Below, piece by piece: positions 12,491 through 24,379 of a stretch of DNA of 64,000 bases. Below the pieces are notes generated by a model. The model was given only the letters and a program-made list of their open reading frames with translations, searched no databases and was not told the origin of the DNA. A program made the translations under genes and the position numbers. The DNA is taken from contig MU058198.1 in NCBI GenBank assembly GCA_013265495.1, forward strand, positions 4,851,779-4,915,778, written 5' to 3'. The stretch's first letter is position 1, and each line of letters begins with the position of its first letter. The stretch comes from Vicugna vicugna (Eukaryota).

Positions 12491-13649
12491 TTCCTCTGTA
12501 TCAGTCATTTCATTCATTCATTCATCGACCAACCAACCAAACTAACCAACAGTAAACGAATATTTACTAGCTGCTCACTTGTGACAGGCATAGGACTGGG
12601 CTGGATCCTGAGGAATCGGAACCATCTGACCTTAAATGTGTCCCTCCCAAAAGTAAAAAAAAAAAGCCCTGTGATGCAGACCACTTTTCAGATATTCTGA
12701 ACACAACCCCCTTTCCTTGAACTTCTCAAAGCAGGCGCACCCCAATCCAGACAGGTCTTCAGAGATGAGTACGAATTCTTTTCCCACCAAGCTAACTGGT
12801 TTTCAGTTCACGGCATGAAGTTAGGCAGAGAAAGAGGGGGGTAAAAACAATCATGGCACCAGCACCCACCGCAGGTTACAAGAGGGAAGCCCTCCTGATG
12901 GGTGGGGGGAAGATGGACGGGTCCGCGTGCAGGGCTGGCTGGGCATCTTGGCGGGCTGCGGAGTTACGGCTCCAGGGTCGCCAGCGGAGGGGTCCGTCTC
13001 CCCTGCTTTCATCCTGAGGTCCCCGGGCTGGTTATTGCTCCATTCCTTCTTTACGTGAGTGATGAGGCTGTCCTCGGAGGCAAGCGAGCGCACGGGTGCG
13101 AACTGTTGTTTCGTGGATTTATTGTTTTCTTCTCTGCTTGATGCGCTCTCCTGGCGGCCCCTGCGGAGTTCCACTGTGGGAGCAGTTCCTGGCCTCCCTC
13201 CTCCTAGAACCTGCCGTGTTCACTCCTGCCTCTGGGCCTTTGCTCTCGCCTTTTCCTGGTGTGCCCTCCCTGTTCTTGTAGGTCGGTGGGAGTCCTGCCC
13301 TTTCCGTAAGTAAATCGTGGTCCCTTTTGACATTCATGGAGCCCTTAAGTTTATAAAGAGCTTTCGGGGAGGCGGTAGGTCACTCGGGCTGAGGGCTTGG
13401 TCTTCGGAGCCAAACGGTCCGAGTTCCAGCCCAGCTGAGGAATCGTCTTGGGCTGCCCACGCTCTCTACCTCGGTTTTTGCATCAGTAAAGCGTGGACCA
13501 AAGGGGGCACTTGTAATTTGAGCTAATCCACATAAATCACAGCATAAGCCCTAAATCCCTGAGAATTATTATTTTTATTATAATATTTAAATCATCCTCA
13601 AAGAAGGAGGCGAGGCAGAGAACTGGCACAGTTTCTCGAAACTCCAGCA

Positions 13650-13830
13650 CTGCCCCTAAGTAACATGACTCTGGGCAAGTTACCAGTTTTCCGTCGTCTG
13701 TAAAATGGGGATGATGACGGTCCCCCGCCCCACAGGGATGTTGTGAAGGTTAAATGGGATGTTGCCTGGAGAGTGTTGAGGACCGTCTCTGGCCCTTAGT
13801 CAATGCCCAGTGGACACAGTCATTTTTAAC
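13650..13830 (+). mobile_element. MIR SINE
   Basis: GGGCAAGTTAC..CAGTTTTCCGTCGTCTGTAAAATGGGGATGATGA...GTTGTGAAGGTTAAATG. Confidence 0.8.
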
Positions 13831-15289
13831 GGCTACTTCACACCTTAAAACATTTCACCGACTGTGTTAAATGAGTGTAATTTGTGTGATGTGAGCCTAA
13901 AGTAACTTACTGGCTTCTGTTGGCTCTTCAGTTTTGCTCAGTGGGACTGGTTCTGTGGCTGCCTCTGGATGAAAATTCTGGAAGGTCCTCCAGACCTTTC
14001 TGGTACCTAGTCAGTAAAAGAAGGTCCTCCAGTCCCTGTAAGTCACAAAACCTAGCTGCATGTCAGGAATTAAAATACCCAGTCCAGCGCAATGGCTAAA
14101 ACTTTGAACTTGGTTTCTGGGGCTTGCTACCTGCAGGGCAGTTTGCGATCACCAAAGGGAGGTGGCCAGCCTTTCTGTATCTCCTCCCTCATCTTACTGG
14201 CCAGTTTGGGCCTTCTCCAGGGTTGGAGAAGGTCCCAGGGGGAGGGGGAAAGGGGATTGAATGCACTTCCTTAGAACTGTCATGAGCTGCTATCGACAGT
14301 TCCTGGAACTGGCAGATGTTTCCAAGCAGGCTGTTCCTCTCGTGGCTGCTTTTGGGGTTTCTTTGGAGGTTCCCACATGTATTTACATCCCTGATAGCTG
14401 GAGCTTTCCTTCTCAACAGCAGTTCTCTGGGCGGCAGTGACTGCATCTCTATTTTTGCATTGTCACTTGTGGCTTCCTCCTCCACCTTCAGGAAAGTACA
14501 TTCTCACTTCCCTCGTCTTCCTATTGAAGTTCCATTTTTTCGTTCCAAGTTGTCCTCTTGGACAGAACCTTCCCTCACATACAGCCTACATCTGGTCCAT
14601 AGAATCATGAGCTTCCCAAAAAACTTGTTTAGTCTTCCCTGCCCTGATGGGATGGAATTATCGCTCTCTGTGTTGACAAAGGTAGAACTTGGGGCGTCTG
14701 GTGGACCTGTAACTTCTCAGGGATCACACAGCTGGTCAGTGATGACATCGAGGTCTTAATCCAGGTCTTCTGGCCCCAGAGCCCGAGGTTCTGACCACCT
14801 GCGTTGTACTCCCAACTTAAACTTAGCACTATTGTTTTCCTTTCCTGAGAAAAGATGTTTAAAGATTGCGTACAATTCTCTCTCTCTCTTTTTTTTTTTG
14901 GATTTTTTTTGGGTTTTCTTTTTGGATATGGGGCTGAAAACGTTCTAGTCATCTTCATCTGATGTTTTCTCCCTTCAAAAGACCTAACCATACAGAAAAA
15001 GAGAACAAACTCAGCCACCAAAGAGAAACACTCGTGTCTTTTGCTGGTGTCTCTTGTTTCAGCATCACAGAACCTGACCCCTGGGCTTGCTGGACACGGT
15101 ACCCCTCCCAGGAGCTGTCTCTCTGCCTCTCGCCTTGTCTGTGTGTTTCGCACCAGTTCTCTTTAGCTCACACTTAGATTTTCTCCGCTATCGGATCTTA
15201 ATGGTATAGTTTGGAATTCAATTTATAAGAAGAGTAGATTACACTTCATTATATTGCATACCCTCTGTATCTGTTTACTGATATGTCTG

Positions 15290-15620
15290 GTGTCTCAGGA
15301 TTATTTCAGAAGCCAACTTGATTAAGAAAGGGCTCGATTAGTGAAAGAAGGATGCTCCTTGCAGCTGCTGGGCTGCTCCATTTGTCTTTAATAAAAATAT
15401 TGGTTAATCCAATGCAAGCAAATCAAATATCAGCCAGTTTTTGTTCATGTTCTGACCTCATTTAAAATCGATGCGATTTTATTAAATTAGAGGATCCAAA
15501 TAGGCAAAAATAAAATTGATTCGTGCGTTTCTGCCAACATGAGCCTATGAAATCAAACTGCCAGTCTTACTGGCTTAATCGTTTAAAAATACTTTTCATG
15601 GGTTTCAGTTCTCTGGTGGT
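15290..15620. promoter_or_regulatory. Candidate conserved non-coding element / enhancer
   Basis: Repeat-free, AT-rich, TAAT/ATTA-dense, with retained CpGs and the palindrome TAAAATCG-ATG-CGATTTTA at 15463-15481; conservation not verified. Confidence 0.4.
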
Positions 15621-16396
15621 AATAGCTTGTCTGTTTCAGTGGTACTGGGTCTCTTGTCAGACGCTTTCATTGTCATCAGCATTTTCTTTCCCCACTTAAC
15701 GCAAAGAAAATCTACCCACCCCCCTTCATTTTCCTGCTTTCTTTGGGAGAAAAAAAAAAAGGAAGACTGGGAGCTATTAAGCCAACCTGCCTTGCCCCAG
15801 TTTCTTATATCAGAGGAACCCTCTGCTGCTTTTTTTCCCTGTCACATCTTGTAGATTGCAAAGATGTTTGGAGATGTCATTGTGGGTGAAAGGATTCTTT
15901 TTCAATTTTCCGCTATGTTTCTATTCACCAATCTAATTATCTCGTTAACTCATCACTGCTTTTATTTATAGCTTGTGACTCCTCTTCCAAACCTTATAAT
16001 ACTTTCCAGAATGGTTCGGTTTTTAAAGCAACCACTGATTGCCTGTTTTTCAAGTTTTTGTAGTTAGAACCACGGGGGTTTGGCTTGCCTGCCCTCTGTT
16101 TTACCATCAGTTCCATCGACGGCAGTTGTCCCCGGGAATCACATCGCTGCTTTTCACCAGAGCGTTAGTAATCAGGCCAGTTGGAGCTTTTTTTCCCCTG
16201 CCTGTGACGTGATGACAATTTCCTGCTTTCTAGACACTTGAACCATTTTGAAACGGCAGCCCCTCTTGGGAGAAATTTGTTCTATTGAAGAATAGGGCAC
16301 AGTGACAGTGAAAAATATGATTAATAAAGAATTTGAGGTAGTTCAGACACAGAGGTTACTTTTATTTTTACGCTCAGAAGAAAGACATTTTTGAAC

Positions 16397-16521
16397 ATTT
16401 TTTGTTGTTGTGGTAAAATATACATAACATAAAATTTACCATTTTAAGCATCCAATTCAGGGGCTTTAAATCTGTTTATAGTGTTGTGCTGCAACCATCA
16501 CCACCATCCACTTCCAGAACT
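16397..16521 (-). mobile_element. L1MB-like 3' terminal fragment
   Basis: TTGTGGTAAAATATACATAACATAAAATTTACCATTTTAA...CAACCATCACCACCATCCACTTCCAGAAC. Confidence 0.8.
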
Positions 16522-16629
16522 TACATAGATTTCAGAGATACTGAACTACTTGGGTGACCAAATTTGTTAAACACTTTTAAAGCACTTTTTATATCATTAT
16601 GTATTTCTTAATTGTTCCTTAAAATGTAT

Positions 16630-16683
16630 CTTTTACAATTGCCAAGATATGGAAGCAACCTGTGTCCATTAACAGATGAATGG

Positions 16684-16718
<35 letters not shown>

Positions 16719-17144
16719 GGAATACTACTCAGCCATAAAAAAGAATGACATTTTACCACTTGCAGCAACGTGGATGGATTTGGAGAGTATTATGCTAAGT
16801 AAGTCAGACAGAGAAAGACAAATGTTGCATGATATCACTTCTATGTGGAATCTAAAAAAATACAACAAACTAGTGAATATAATGAAAGAGAAGCAGTCAC
16901 AGATACAGAGAACAAACTAGGGGTTGCCAGTGTGGAGAGGGCATGGGGGAGAAGGATTATAGGGTGAAAGGGTTAAGAGATACAAACTAGTAGATATAAA
17001 ATAAGCTACAGGGATTTATTGTATAACACAGGAAATATAGCCATATATAATAATTATAAGTGGAATATAACCTTTAAAAATTATGAATCACTGTCTTGGA
17101 CACCTGTAACATAATATTCAACATCAGCAATATTCCAATTAAAA
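16630..17144 (+). mobile_element. L1 3' end with internal (CA)n microsatellite (~16686-16716)
   Basis: ORF 16612..16920 contains MEYYSAIKKNDILPLAATWMDLESIMLS, the L1 ORF2 C-terminus, followed by a 3' UTR. Confidence 0.9.
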
Positions 17145-17506
17145 TATTTTTCTCATTCATTTCCTGTGTATCTATTGAGTGTTTTTGCTGATCCAGGCAT
17201 AGTTCTAGACCAGAGTGATAACTAGAAAGACGCAGGCTCGTACGTTAGTGAGTCGACTGGAGTGATTTATACGTTTTATTTAGCTATTCGACATTTATGT
17301 GTTGCACACATACATGAGTGTGTTATCCTTTTCAGAGAAATAAGGCCAGAGTCCCCTTACTTTGATCTCCACGCTAGTTGTCTTCTCAGACCCTATCCCA
17401 CTACTATATTTGGATTATATCATTGTAGTCTTTTTTTCTCCGTAGCCCTGTCTCATGCGTGTTTAAACATAAATGATCTTATATTGCACGCATTGCTAAG
17501 CGATTT

Positions 17507-17815
17507 GTTTTTTCCCCCAGTTTTATTAAAATATAATTGACATAGAGCGCTATGTAAGTTTAAGTAATGATCTGGCTTACGTACATCATGAAATGGTTAT
17601 CACAGTAAGTTTAAGTAGCATCCATTCTCACATATAGATACATGTAAAAAAGAAAAAGAGAAAAAAGATTTTCTTTTCCCTTGGGATGAGAACTTCTGGG
17701 ATTTACTTTCTTAACAACGTTTAAATATACTGTACAGCAGTGTTAACGATCATCATTCTGCCGTTCATTATACTCCTATTTATCTTGTAAGTGGAAGGGT
17801 GTACTTTGTGACCAC
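17507..17815 (-). mobile_element. L1MA-like 3' end
   Basis: CAGTTTTATTAAAATATAATTGACAT...GATGAGAACTTCTGGGATTTACTTTCTTAACAAC. Confidence 0.75.
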
Positions 17816-17879
17816 CTGCAGTTTGCTCTTTACTAAAGAATATTTCTTGGAAATGAATCCATATTGTTATATATAAGCT

Positions 17880-18150
17880 TCCAGCAAATGGTATCTGAAA
17901 CCTCCCCACGTGGCAGGAGCTATGGGCTAATCCCTTCCCCTTTTCTGCCTCATTTGACCTGAAAGGCAGCCCTGGGAGGGAAGGGGTGAGTGTGGACACC
18001 ATCCCACTTTATATATGAGAAAAACTGAGAATCAGGGAGTTGAGGTGTTGTGTTCGAGATCACACAGCTGGTAAATACAGTCAGGATTCCAGCTCAGGTC
18101 CCTGACCTCGAAACATGTATGGTTACCGTTTCACCAAGTTGCCTCTGACA
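17880..18150 (-). mobile_element. MIR SINE
   Basis: CCCACTTTATATATGAGAAAAACTGAGAATCAGGGAG...GATCACACAGCTGGTAAAT. Confidence 0.7.
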
Positions 18151-18189
18151 GTGCGTTAATTCAGAAGTTTCAGACATTCAGAAAGAATT

Positions 18190-18670
18190 TGTTGAGCTGA
18201 AACTTGAAGGATGTATGGATGTTAGCAGGTGAAGAGGAAGGGAAGAGAATTCTGGGCAGAGGGAACAGCATGCACAATGGTTGTGATCAGAGGAAATAGA
18301 GAGCTTTCAGAAACCTGGAAGTCCAGTGTGGCCACTACAGCACAGACAGGAAAGGGGGAAGTGGGTGAGGCCAGTAGGGAGGCACGGGGTCCCGGGCAGG
18401 CAGGGCGCAGGGCTAGTGATGCCATCTTAGGGATTCCAGTCTTTATTCCCAGGGTAATGGGAAACCATCAAATGATTTTGAGCAGGAAAGGTGGTGTTTG
18501 TATTTCTAAAAGATTTCAGCCATACTGAACGCAAATTGGACACAGATCGGAGTGGAGGCTGTTGCGATCTTTGGGGAAACGTTGGTGGCTTGGACAAGGC
18601 TGCTGGTGGTGGAGATGTCAGAGAAGTGAATTGATAACAGTTGCTGTTGACGAGGTGGAATCAGCAAGTC
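18190..18670 (-). mobile_element. L2 fragment
   Basis: GAGCTGAAACTTGAAGGATG...GAATTCTGGGCAGAGGGAACAGCATGCACA. Confidence 0.8.
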
Positions 18671-19010
18671 ATGGAGCATAGTCTTTGGCATAAGGCACGG
18701 ACTGGGGTCCACACTCTGAAACTTCTGGCAGCTTCCAGTCCCTCCTCTGAGCCTCACTCAGTCTCCTCTTGGGTCAGTACCTGCCCTAAAGCACTGATTA
18801 AGTTGAATTAAGGATTAAGTTGAAAATGTGCATGAAGATCTTAACCTAGTCTTCTGCTCATAGTATTACTCAGTCTGGTTACCTAGATCATTATCATTAT
18901 CACCACTGGTGTTAATTCTGAAATGATTATTCTAAAATGCTGGAAACATTTCTTGACAACTTTATCATGTATAACAAATCTTTTTCTTTTTTTCCCTTGT
19001 GTTCTTCCAG

Positions 19011-19290
19011 GCTTCTGGTTAGAGAAAAAGAGAAAGAGAAAAAAAAAAAAAAGGAAAAAAAATGTGTCTAAAGTCCATCAGAGTTAACTCCCTGTGTCAG
19101 GGAGGAAGGACAGTGCTTTAATAGTTCAAAAAATAATAATGCTGAAAATTCTCGACAGAAGACTGAATGTAAGGGCAAAAAGTGTATGTAGTTGTAAAAA
19201 ACAAGAGGTTTTAAACGTGTCTATTTTCTATGCACTTTTAAAAATTTAAGTGATAGTTTAATTAATAAACATGTCAAGTTTATTGCTGCA
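19011..19290 (+). other. Candidate alternative 3'-terminal exon of an unidentified + strand host gene
   Basis: Branch-point match TCTTGAC 18951-18957, no AG from 18887 to 19008, long pyrimidine tract ending TTCCAG|G at 19010; stops in all three frames within 80 nt; AU-rich UTR-like body, four TGTA motifs, AATAAA and a CA about 20 nt later. Confidence 0.65.
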
Positions 19291-19309
19291 GAAAATAAAA
19301 GAAAATAAA
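19264..19309 (+). terminator. Polyadenylation signal cluster
   Basis: AATAAA at 19264-19269, 19294-19299 and 19304-19309; TGTA (CFIm-type) motifs at 19168, 19183, 19187 and 19193. Confidence 0.6.
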
Positions 19310-19339
19310 ATACTGGAGGACCTCTGGGCAACAGGGTGG

Positions 19340-19570
19340 ATAACTCTTTACTTTTTCGGTATATACCAATTAAACCTTCTTGACTTAACAATGGACTCCC
19401 CGGAACAATGCAGTCTTGTTCCCTGTAAAGGACATCTTATTACAAATAAATCAGGCAAATAGTCGCCTTTGAATGCATGTTGTACAAGAGCCACCATACA
19501 TAATTGTGAAGGTCATTGGTGTCAGTTTTTTAAATTAATTTTTCCTTTCTTTAATAGTTCAGATCAAATT
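19340..19570. promoter_or_regulatory. Candidate enhancer / conserved non-coding element
   Basis: Repeat-free; SOX-type AACAATG twice (19387-19410), PBX-HOX-type TGATTTAT on - strand (19446-19453), TCF/LEF-type CCTTTGAA (19466-19473). Confidence 0.4.
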
Positions 19571-20683
19571 CTTGATTATATTAAGTTATCCTCAAAAAAA
19601 AAAATCCACCCTGTAATTTCAGAGGCGGGTGTCTGACTCAGAGAGTGACAGCCACGTGGCTGTGCTGTGAGGGGGATGCACTCAGCAGGATGAATGGGAA
19701 AAATGACTTTGATGAACACCAGATTCTCCTGGGAGGACCCCCGCCTCTGACATGTATCAAGTGGAAGCTGCCAGATTATTCCCTTCTCCAGACTTGCTAA
19801 ATTAAAAGCAATTCAAACATTGCTGCTGGAGGTTGAAACTGCGAGGCTGTTAAAAATGTCACAGAAAACGGGAGGGTACCTGTTGGGATAGGGTAATTTT
19901 CCTTCAAGAGCTTGCATAGGTAAAGCCATCTGATTTTCAGAAAGTGTAATATAGTTTCGCTAAATAAATATATGCCAAAGCTTCTATGCCTTATCTCTGT
20001 TTGAAACAAAGATCTTTTATAAGAAGAAAAATATTGGGTATTTGGAGAAAGGATGTTAGCAATGGTATATTGCCTGAGTCTTAGATGGGAAAATAGAAGA
20101 AAGTGCGTTCAAAATTGGAGGAAGGGGGAAGGAGGAAGGGGTCATGCCCAGACTTTATTCATCTTGCAGATGTGTCTGGCCTGCATGATGATTAGAAAAA
20201 AAATCCCAGGTAGCCGCAACTGGGTAGAGCTGAAAAGTAACTGCCCACCTTTGCTGGCTTGACCTCCCTGTCTTCCATACCCTTTTGTCTTCCCTGCCTG
20301 ACCCTGGTAGGAGTTTGAGCCTCTAACCCCTTCCCTATGTCTGTTCTGAAATGTGCTGTCCCTGGGAGTCCTTGGTACTGTGTGGGTGACGTGGATAACT
20401 TCAGAATAATACAGGGCATCTTCTTGGAGTGTCAATTTTATGTGACATTATGGAGGAAGTATTTTCATTTTAAGACAATATTCTAGAGTAGGTTTGAAAA
20501 TTTGCGTTTTTTTTTTTTTTACAAAATAATATATGAGACTTCAAAGAAACATCAAGCTAGCAAATGGAAGAGCTTGATTCCTGAATCTGTCGTTCATTCT
20601 CCTTAGGCTATAAGGCAGGCTTATGTTTGGGAAAGTTTAGAATGCATGTCTAAGTCATGGAATTAAAGTGGCCTTGAGGATTT

Positions 20684-21260
20684 TATCAGTTAGGGTTCTT
20701 GGCTGCAGTGACAGAATCCCAACTTACTGCCTCAAGCCAAGGAGAGGAGTTCCTGGCTCACAAAACTGAAAAGTCCAAGATTGGATGTGACTATATCCAG
20801 GTTCTCAAAACGATGCCATCATAAGTCAGTCTCTACAAATAACCAGTTTATCCTCTGTCTCTGTCATTTGTGTATTGTCTGTCTCTGGCTCCATCTATCT
20901 CTTGTCTGTCTGTCTGCCTGTCTGTCATCGTCATCATTTCTGCTTTTCTCAATTTTTTCCTTTATTTTCAGGCAGATAGCAGTGCTAAGGATTGTGTTCA
21001 CTATTTAGACGTCAATCTCAGTGGTAATTCCATTGTTCTTGTTAGGTAATTCCATCAAAAAGCTGTCTTAAAACATCATTGGTCTTATTGGGTTAAATAC
21101 TCATTTCTTAGTCGGTCAGTGTTGTGGCCAGGAGATGGAATACTCTGGCCAAGCCTGGGTCATGTGAGATCGCGGGTCCATTCTACCTGAAATCCCTGGC
21201 CTGGGAGTGAGGGGCATGGATGTTTCCTTCCAGAAGAAGTTGAAATGATTGCCACAAAAG
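20684..21260 (-). mobile_element. Old MLT1-family (MaLR) LTR
   Basis: TATCAGTTAGGGTTCTTGGCTGCAGTGACAGAA start and GGCCAAGCCTGGGTCATGTG motif typical of old MLT1 subfamilies. Confidence 0.6.
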
Positions 21261-24012
21261 ATCTTATTTAATTCCAGTTTCTCCCCTTGCTAATAAAAGA
21301 ATCCAGGTCCAAAGAGTTTTTTTTTTTTCCTTTATTGTCTCATGAAAAGATGACAATGAGTAGAACTGGATTTTTAAAAGTAATTTTTAATGGAAATACA
21401 ACACATACAGGAATGTGCATAAGACCTAAGCGTACAGTGTGATGAATTCTCACAGAGTGAATATACCCATGTAACTAGCACCCAGATCAAGAAATAGAAC
21501 ACTGTCCACTTGTATTCCTCACCATCTAATCACTAAGACTACCCTGACTTCTGTTACAGCAGATTAATTTTGCCTATCTGAACCTTACGTCTACGGAATC
21601 ATAAAGTATCTAGTTTTTGTGCCTGGTTTCATTGTCCCCACATTGTAAGATCCAACCATGTTGTCATTCATTCTTTTTCCTCGCTATGTAGTATTCCTTT
21701 GTGTGAATATACTGAAAATAATGTATCCATTTTATTCTTGATGAATGTTTAGAGTGAGTCTGGGTTTTGGTTATTATGAAAAGTGCTACCATTAACATTC
21801 TTAGACGTTCCTTTGTCGGGTATATATACACATTTCTGCTGAGTGTATTCCAAATAGTAGAATTCCTTGGTTATAATGTATACTTACTTTCAAACTTAGG
21901 CGATATTGTGGACAGTTTTCTGAAATTTGCTGCTGACAGTTTAAATTCCCACCAGCAGTGTTTCAGGATTCAAGATGCTGCACATCTTCACCAGCACTTG
22001 GTGTTGTCAGTTGTTTTAATTTTTAATTCTTAGGTTTTGTTTTTTTGTTTTTCTTTTTTTTTTCGGTGGTTGCAGTGTATCTTATTGTGGTTTTAGGATT
22101 TTTCTAATGATTAATGAGATTGAGCACTTTTTCATATGCTAATCCAACATTTGGCTGTACTCTTTTGTGAGGTGCATCTTCAAGTTTTTCACCCATTGTT
22201 TTTAATGGTTTACTCTTTTCTTTTTCTTAGTGATTTATAGGTGTTCTTTGTATATTCTGGATAGAAGTCCCTTGTTGGATATATGTATTGTATGTATCTT
22301 CAGCCAGTCTGTGACATGACTTTTTGCTTCATGTTGTCTTAGTGGACAGGAATTCTTAATTTTTATATAGCCCAGTTTATCAGTATCTTTAAAAAATAAG
22401 TGCTTTTATCATCCCACTTAAAAATTAAGACTGTCTTAGGGTCTGAAGATATACTATGTCTTCTTAAAGATTTATTGTTACATTTTTCAAACTTAGATCT
22501 ACAGTCCACATATGATTGATTGTTTTCTTTGGCAAGGGTTGAAGTAAAGGTAAAGATTTGTTCTTTCTTTATTTATTTTTCTGATAAGGGTATTCAGATG
22601 ACACAGAATGACTTATTGAAAAGTCCACTTTCCTGCCACTACAATATAATGTCACTTTTGTTACAAACCAAAAGATTGAATATTTGTGAGTTTATTTCTG
22701 TACTTGCTTCAGTTTTGCTGGACTGTTTAATCTCTCCTTGAGCCAGTTTCACACCATTTCAGTTCCTGTGGCTTTATAATAACTCTTGATATCTGAAAGT
22801 TGAAGCCCTTCAGGCTTATTCTTTTTCTTCATGATTGTCTTTGCTTCTCTTGACCCTCTGTGTTTCCAGATATCTTTTAGATTCATTGTATCAGTTTCCA
22901 CAAAACTAACTTACTGAATTTTGACTGGAATTACGCCAAATCTATGGTGCGTTTTGTGGGACAATTGGCATCTTTATTTAATTGCTCTTTCAACCCATGA
23001 ATGTGATATATCCTTCCATCTATTATGGTGTCTTAATTTATCTCAGTAATGTTTTCTGCGTTTTTTTGTGTGTGTGTAGAGGTCGTGCACATCTTTTGCT
23101 AGGCTTACTCCAAAGTATTTACTGATATTGCAAATGGTATGTTTAAAAGTTTTTCATTTGCTGATTATTTGTTACTAGTATATAGAAATACAGTAGAGTT
23201 TTTGGATATTGTCCAAATTCACTTTCAGTTCTTATAATTTGCATATTCTTTGGTATTTTCTAATATATATGAGCCAGTGAATTGTGAATAAGACATTTTT
23301 ATTTCTTCCTTTCTAATCCTCCTATTTCATTTTCTTGTCTTATGGCACTTTGTCTCCCATATATTGTTGGATTACAGTGGGGACAGCGGGTAGCAAGTTT
23401 TTGTTCCTTATTTCAGAGGGGAAACTTTCAACATTTCAAATTTAATTATGATAATTGCTCTAGGGTTTTTAAGTTGCTTTTTATCAGATAAAGAAAATAT
23501 CATTTTATCGATTATATGCTTATAAATCATCATGAATGGGTATTATATCTTTTTAAGTGATTTTTATACATCTATTGGTATGACTGTTCCCTGTTTTCTG
23601 TTAATATGGTGAGTAATGTTGATTTTTTAAAAAATATTGAGATGTAGTATTACATGAATTGACTGGATACATTTGGTAATTTTAATTTAGCATATTTATA
23701 TCCATGTCTGTTAGAGAGATTCCTTTGTAATTTTCCTTTCTTATACTAGTCATGTTAGCTTTTGGTTGTTGTTTAAGGTAATGCTGGCCTCAATGAACAA
23801 GTTGGGAAGTATTCCTGTTTTGTTTTTGTTTTTGTTCTTTCTTATGATTCTCAAGAAGATTTTGTGTAAAATTAGTGTTAATTATAACTTAAATGTTTGA
23901 AAGACTTCACTGGTGAAGCCGTCAGGACCTGGAGATTTATATGTTTGGAAGTTCTGATTTATATTTAATTTCCCTAATTGATATAGAACTATTAAGGTGT
24001 CCCATTTCTTCT

Positions 24013-24375
24013 TGAAGCTGACAACATTAGTAATGTAATTGCCAGTTACTTTATCAGCAAAAGCAAGTTTATTTACTAGCCAGAGGAACTGCAATTCAGG
24101 GTAGAGGAACTATGGTGGTCCTAGGCAAACCCAGGGAACAAGGGAGGGGAACTTGCTTTTCTAGGGAAAAAGAGGGAGTTGGGAGAGGCTGCAATAACCA
24201 AAGAGTCATTTGGAGGAAGCTGGGAGTTCAGAGTATGGAGGCTTCTCATTGGTTGGGCTCCTACAGTCTGTGATTGGTGGGCTGTCTTTGGATAGAGTTT
24301 TCTTCTTCCTGCTGACACCTTCCTGTCAGAAATGTATGCTGTATGCATACATCTCTTCCTATTTGGAGTAGTCAC
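24013..24375 (-). mobile_element. ERV1-type LTR fragment
   Basis: Abrupt GC/purine shift inside the L1; AATAAA and two CCAAT boxes on the - strand (TTTATT ~24068, ATTGG ~24248 and ~24273) in LTR order. Confidence 0.55.
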
Positions 24376-24379
24376 TAAA

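Noticed and set aside
13981..14032. 13-bp direct repeat GAAGGTCCTCCAG with a 26-bp spacer as a CRISPR-like unit
   Set aside because: Only two short copies in mammalian DNA with no cas genes; local duplication
19011..19290. Assigning a gene symbol to the candidate exon
   Set aside because: I do not recognise the sequence with enough certainty; needs a BLAST search
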